A stretch of DNA of 6,883 nucleotides from positions 1 to 6,883 of the forward strand of contig CAZMCX010000042.1 in NCBI GenBank assembly GCA_964565125.1, in the 5' to 3' direction. The notes under the pieces were generated by a model. The model was not told the origin of the DNA and did no database searches. It saw only the letters and a program-made list of their open reading frames with translations. Of the stretch, positions 5,501 to 6,883 are shown in pieces. A program made the position numbers and the translations under genes. Each line of letters starts with the position of its first letter. The stretch's first letter is position 1. This DNA comes from an uncultured archaeon (GTDB lineage Archaea > Iainarchaeota > Iainarchaeia > Iainarchaeales > 0-14-0-20-30-16).

Positions 5501-6883
5501 TTAAATCCCCAAATATAAATCCAAATCTTTTTCTTTCTTGTCTTTCTTTTTTGTAAACTTCTCTGCCATTTCCTCAATAGTGAAATCATATTCTTGTGGC
5601 TGGCTCTTCTTTTCTCTTACCTTAAAGAACACAGGATACTCTACTGCACTCCCAACCATTAATGCTTCTCCAACTCTCAACCCAGTTATGAATTCCATAC
5701 TCTTATTATCTAAGCCCTCGCTAGACTCAGAAATATGCTTCAAATCATTTGGATTTATTATTCTTAAGAACACATGGGTATTACACTGACTCAATACTGT
5801 TGTTGAAAGATTTATTGGCCTTTGAGAAACCAGGCACAAAGCAGATCCAAACTTTCTTCCTTCTCTTGCAATTGTCTCGAATATGTGTCTTGCAATTGCA
5901 TAACCAGAAGATGCTTTTTCCGGTATGAATTGGTGTGCTTCTTCTAAAACAATCACGTGTGGAACAACAGTTCCTTTAAGCCGTGAATTAAACAAAAATT
6001 CAGTAATATAAGATACAATTAATTGCTTTCTCTGCATGTCCAAAACATTTGATAAATCCAAGATAGTTAAAGTATTTGCAGAAACCATATCCACATCCAA
6101 GTTGCTTGTTTTTCCAAATAAATCCAAAGAATCAATGTGCCTTAATTTTGAAATCAGCGAGTCTCTAACATTAACTGGAAGCTTCAATTCCTCGCTGTCA
6201 ACTCTTTCAATTATATTTCCAACAGTAAAAAGTCCAGAATCTTTTATTTCTTCTTTGAGCCCGGAAATTATTTTTATCAAAGCTCTCTTCTGAACTTCAC
6301 TTAAATCAGGTATAAGCCTTGCAATTATTCCAATTGAATCTATTGCGATTTTAAATTTAGAGCAGTCAATAACTCTTGTTTTGTTAGAATAATCTTTGAA
6401 TTCATTTGTTGGTCTTGCAAAATGTTTGTACTCTCCATGCACATCAAAAAGAACTATTCCTAACTTAGATTTGTCTAAAAGCTCTTCAAGCAAAACAGAA
6501 ACAAAATAAGATTTTCCTGCACCAGACATTGCAAGTATTGCTAAGTGCTTTTGCAATAATTTTGATGCATCAACTTTAACATCAACTTCTGTGTTTTCTA
6601 TTTTCCCCAATTCCAAACCGTTATCTATTAATCCTAAAAACAATTGCAATTCTTCAGTAGTTGGATACAAAATATTTTCTCCAGGATATGGCGGAAAAGC
6701 AACTCTACAAATCTTTCCTGCTTTCAAAAAGCCAAGAATTTTCAGTTCAACTATTGTGCTATGCCAGTCCTCTACAGGGAAGGTATTAGAGGTGTCTTCA
6801 TTTACATGCATTGCATTTTCAAAATAAGGGTTGCTTCTAAAAATATCATTTACAAAACAGAAGAAAAATCCTTTCTTGTTCTT
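5501..6883 (-). CDS. HerA-like hexameric ATPase (FtsK/HerA superfamily, DUF87/COG0433); 5' end probably beyond the right window edge
   Basis: Walker A is LAILAMSGAGKSY (6509-6532), followed by a DVHGEY box. Walker B is HVIVLEEAHQFIP (5933-5956). Also present are IAREGRKFGSALCLVSQRPINLSTTVLSQCNTHVFLRIINPNDL and GLRVGEALMVG, a complete HerA/DUF87 signature set. The track starts at ATG 6811, but the same frame stays open to 6883 (KNKKGFFFCFVNDIFRSNPYFENA-MHVNED...). This stretch looks like part of the N-terminal HAS-barrel, so the true start is likely outside the window. Confidence 0.85.
   Translation of the reverse strand, partial: KNKKGFFFCFVNDIFRSNPYFENAMHVNEDTSNTFPVEDWHSTIVELKILGFLKAGKICRVAFPPYPGENILYPTTEELQLFLGLIDNGLELGKIENTEVDVKVDASKLLQKHLAILAMSGAGKSYFVSVLLEELLDKSKLGIVLFDVHGEYKHFARPTNEFKDYSNKTRVIDCSKFKIAIDSIGIIARLIPDLSEVQKRALIKIISGLKEEIKDSGLFTVGNIIERVDSEELKLPVNVRDSLISKLRHIDSLDLFGKTSNLDVDMVSANTLTILDLSNVLDMQRKQLIVSYITEFLFNSRLKGTVVPHVIVLEEAHQFIPEKASSGYAIARHIFETIAREGRKFGSALCLVSQRPINLSTTVLSQCNTHVFLRIINPNDLKHISESSEGLDNKSMEFITGLRVGEALMVGSAVEYPVFFKVREKKSQPQEYDFTIEEMAEKFTKKKDKKEKDLDLYLGI

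Noticed and set aside
5009-6827. Track plus-strand ORFs 5009-5215, 5538-5789, 6036-6293 and 6591-6827
   Set aside because: All are antisense to the hjc-like or HerA-like frames. They are Ser/Leu/Phe-rich and featureless. ORF 6591-6827 also overlaps the conserved N-terminal part of the HerA-like gene.
1-6883. Search for tRNA/rRNA genes, CRISPR repeats, terminal inverted repeats, transposase or integrase signatures
   Set aside because: There are no GC-rich cloverleaf-capable segments, no regularly spaced direct repeats, and no recombinase motifs in any frame. The only non-coding gaps longer than 60 nt are 1452-1516 and 5362-5500; the gap at 4761-4938 is filled by the GNAT remnant.

Overview
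AT-rich, tightly packed window that reads as archaeal. It has a eukaryal/archaeal-type PheRS alpha with a long N-terminal extension, an Hjc-fold resolvase, a HerA/DUF87 ATPase, GGTG-type Shine-Dalgarno motifs and an (AT)n TATA-like promoter. A small-genome lineage such as DPANN is a plausible guess but cannot be shown from the sequence. Layout, left to right: (1) pheS on the minus strand (1-1451), running off the left edge and absent from the ORF track because it has no in-window stop. (2) A 65-nt divergent promoter region. (3) A plus-strand run of four genes: cardiolipin synthase/PLD (1517-2947), a bPH_2 membrane protein (2971-3456), a DEDDh DnaQ-like exonuclease (3467-4030), and a class I SAM methyltransferase with a Lys/Arg-rich N-terminal extension (4023-4760) that overlaps the exonuclease by 8 nt. 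(4) A start-less GNAT acetyltransferase C-terminal remnant (4766-4942). (5) A minus-strand pair: an Hjc-like PD-(D/E)xK nuclease (4939-5361) and a HerA-like FtsK/HerA-superfamily ATPase (5501-6883) whose frame is still open at the right edge. The best candidate for an undescribed system is the HerA-like motor plus minimal Hjc-fold nuclease, with no NurA visible. It could be a branch-migration/resolution unit or a compact HerA-nuclease defence pair. The second candidate is the translationally coupled exonuclease-methyltransferase pair. I found no tRNA/rRNA genes, CRISPR arrays, transposases or integrases. All other ORF-track entries look like antisense or alternate-frame shadows of these genes. 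Every family assignment rests on motifs read by eye; no database search was run.
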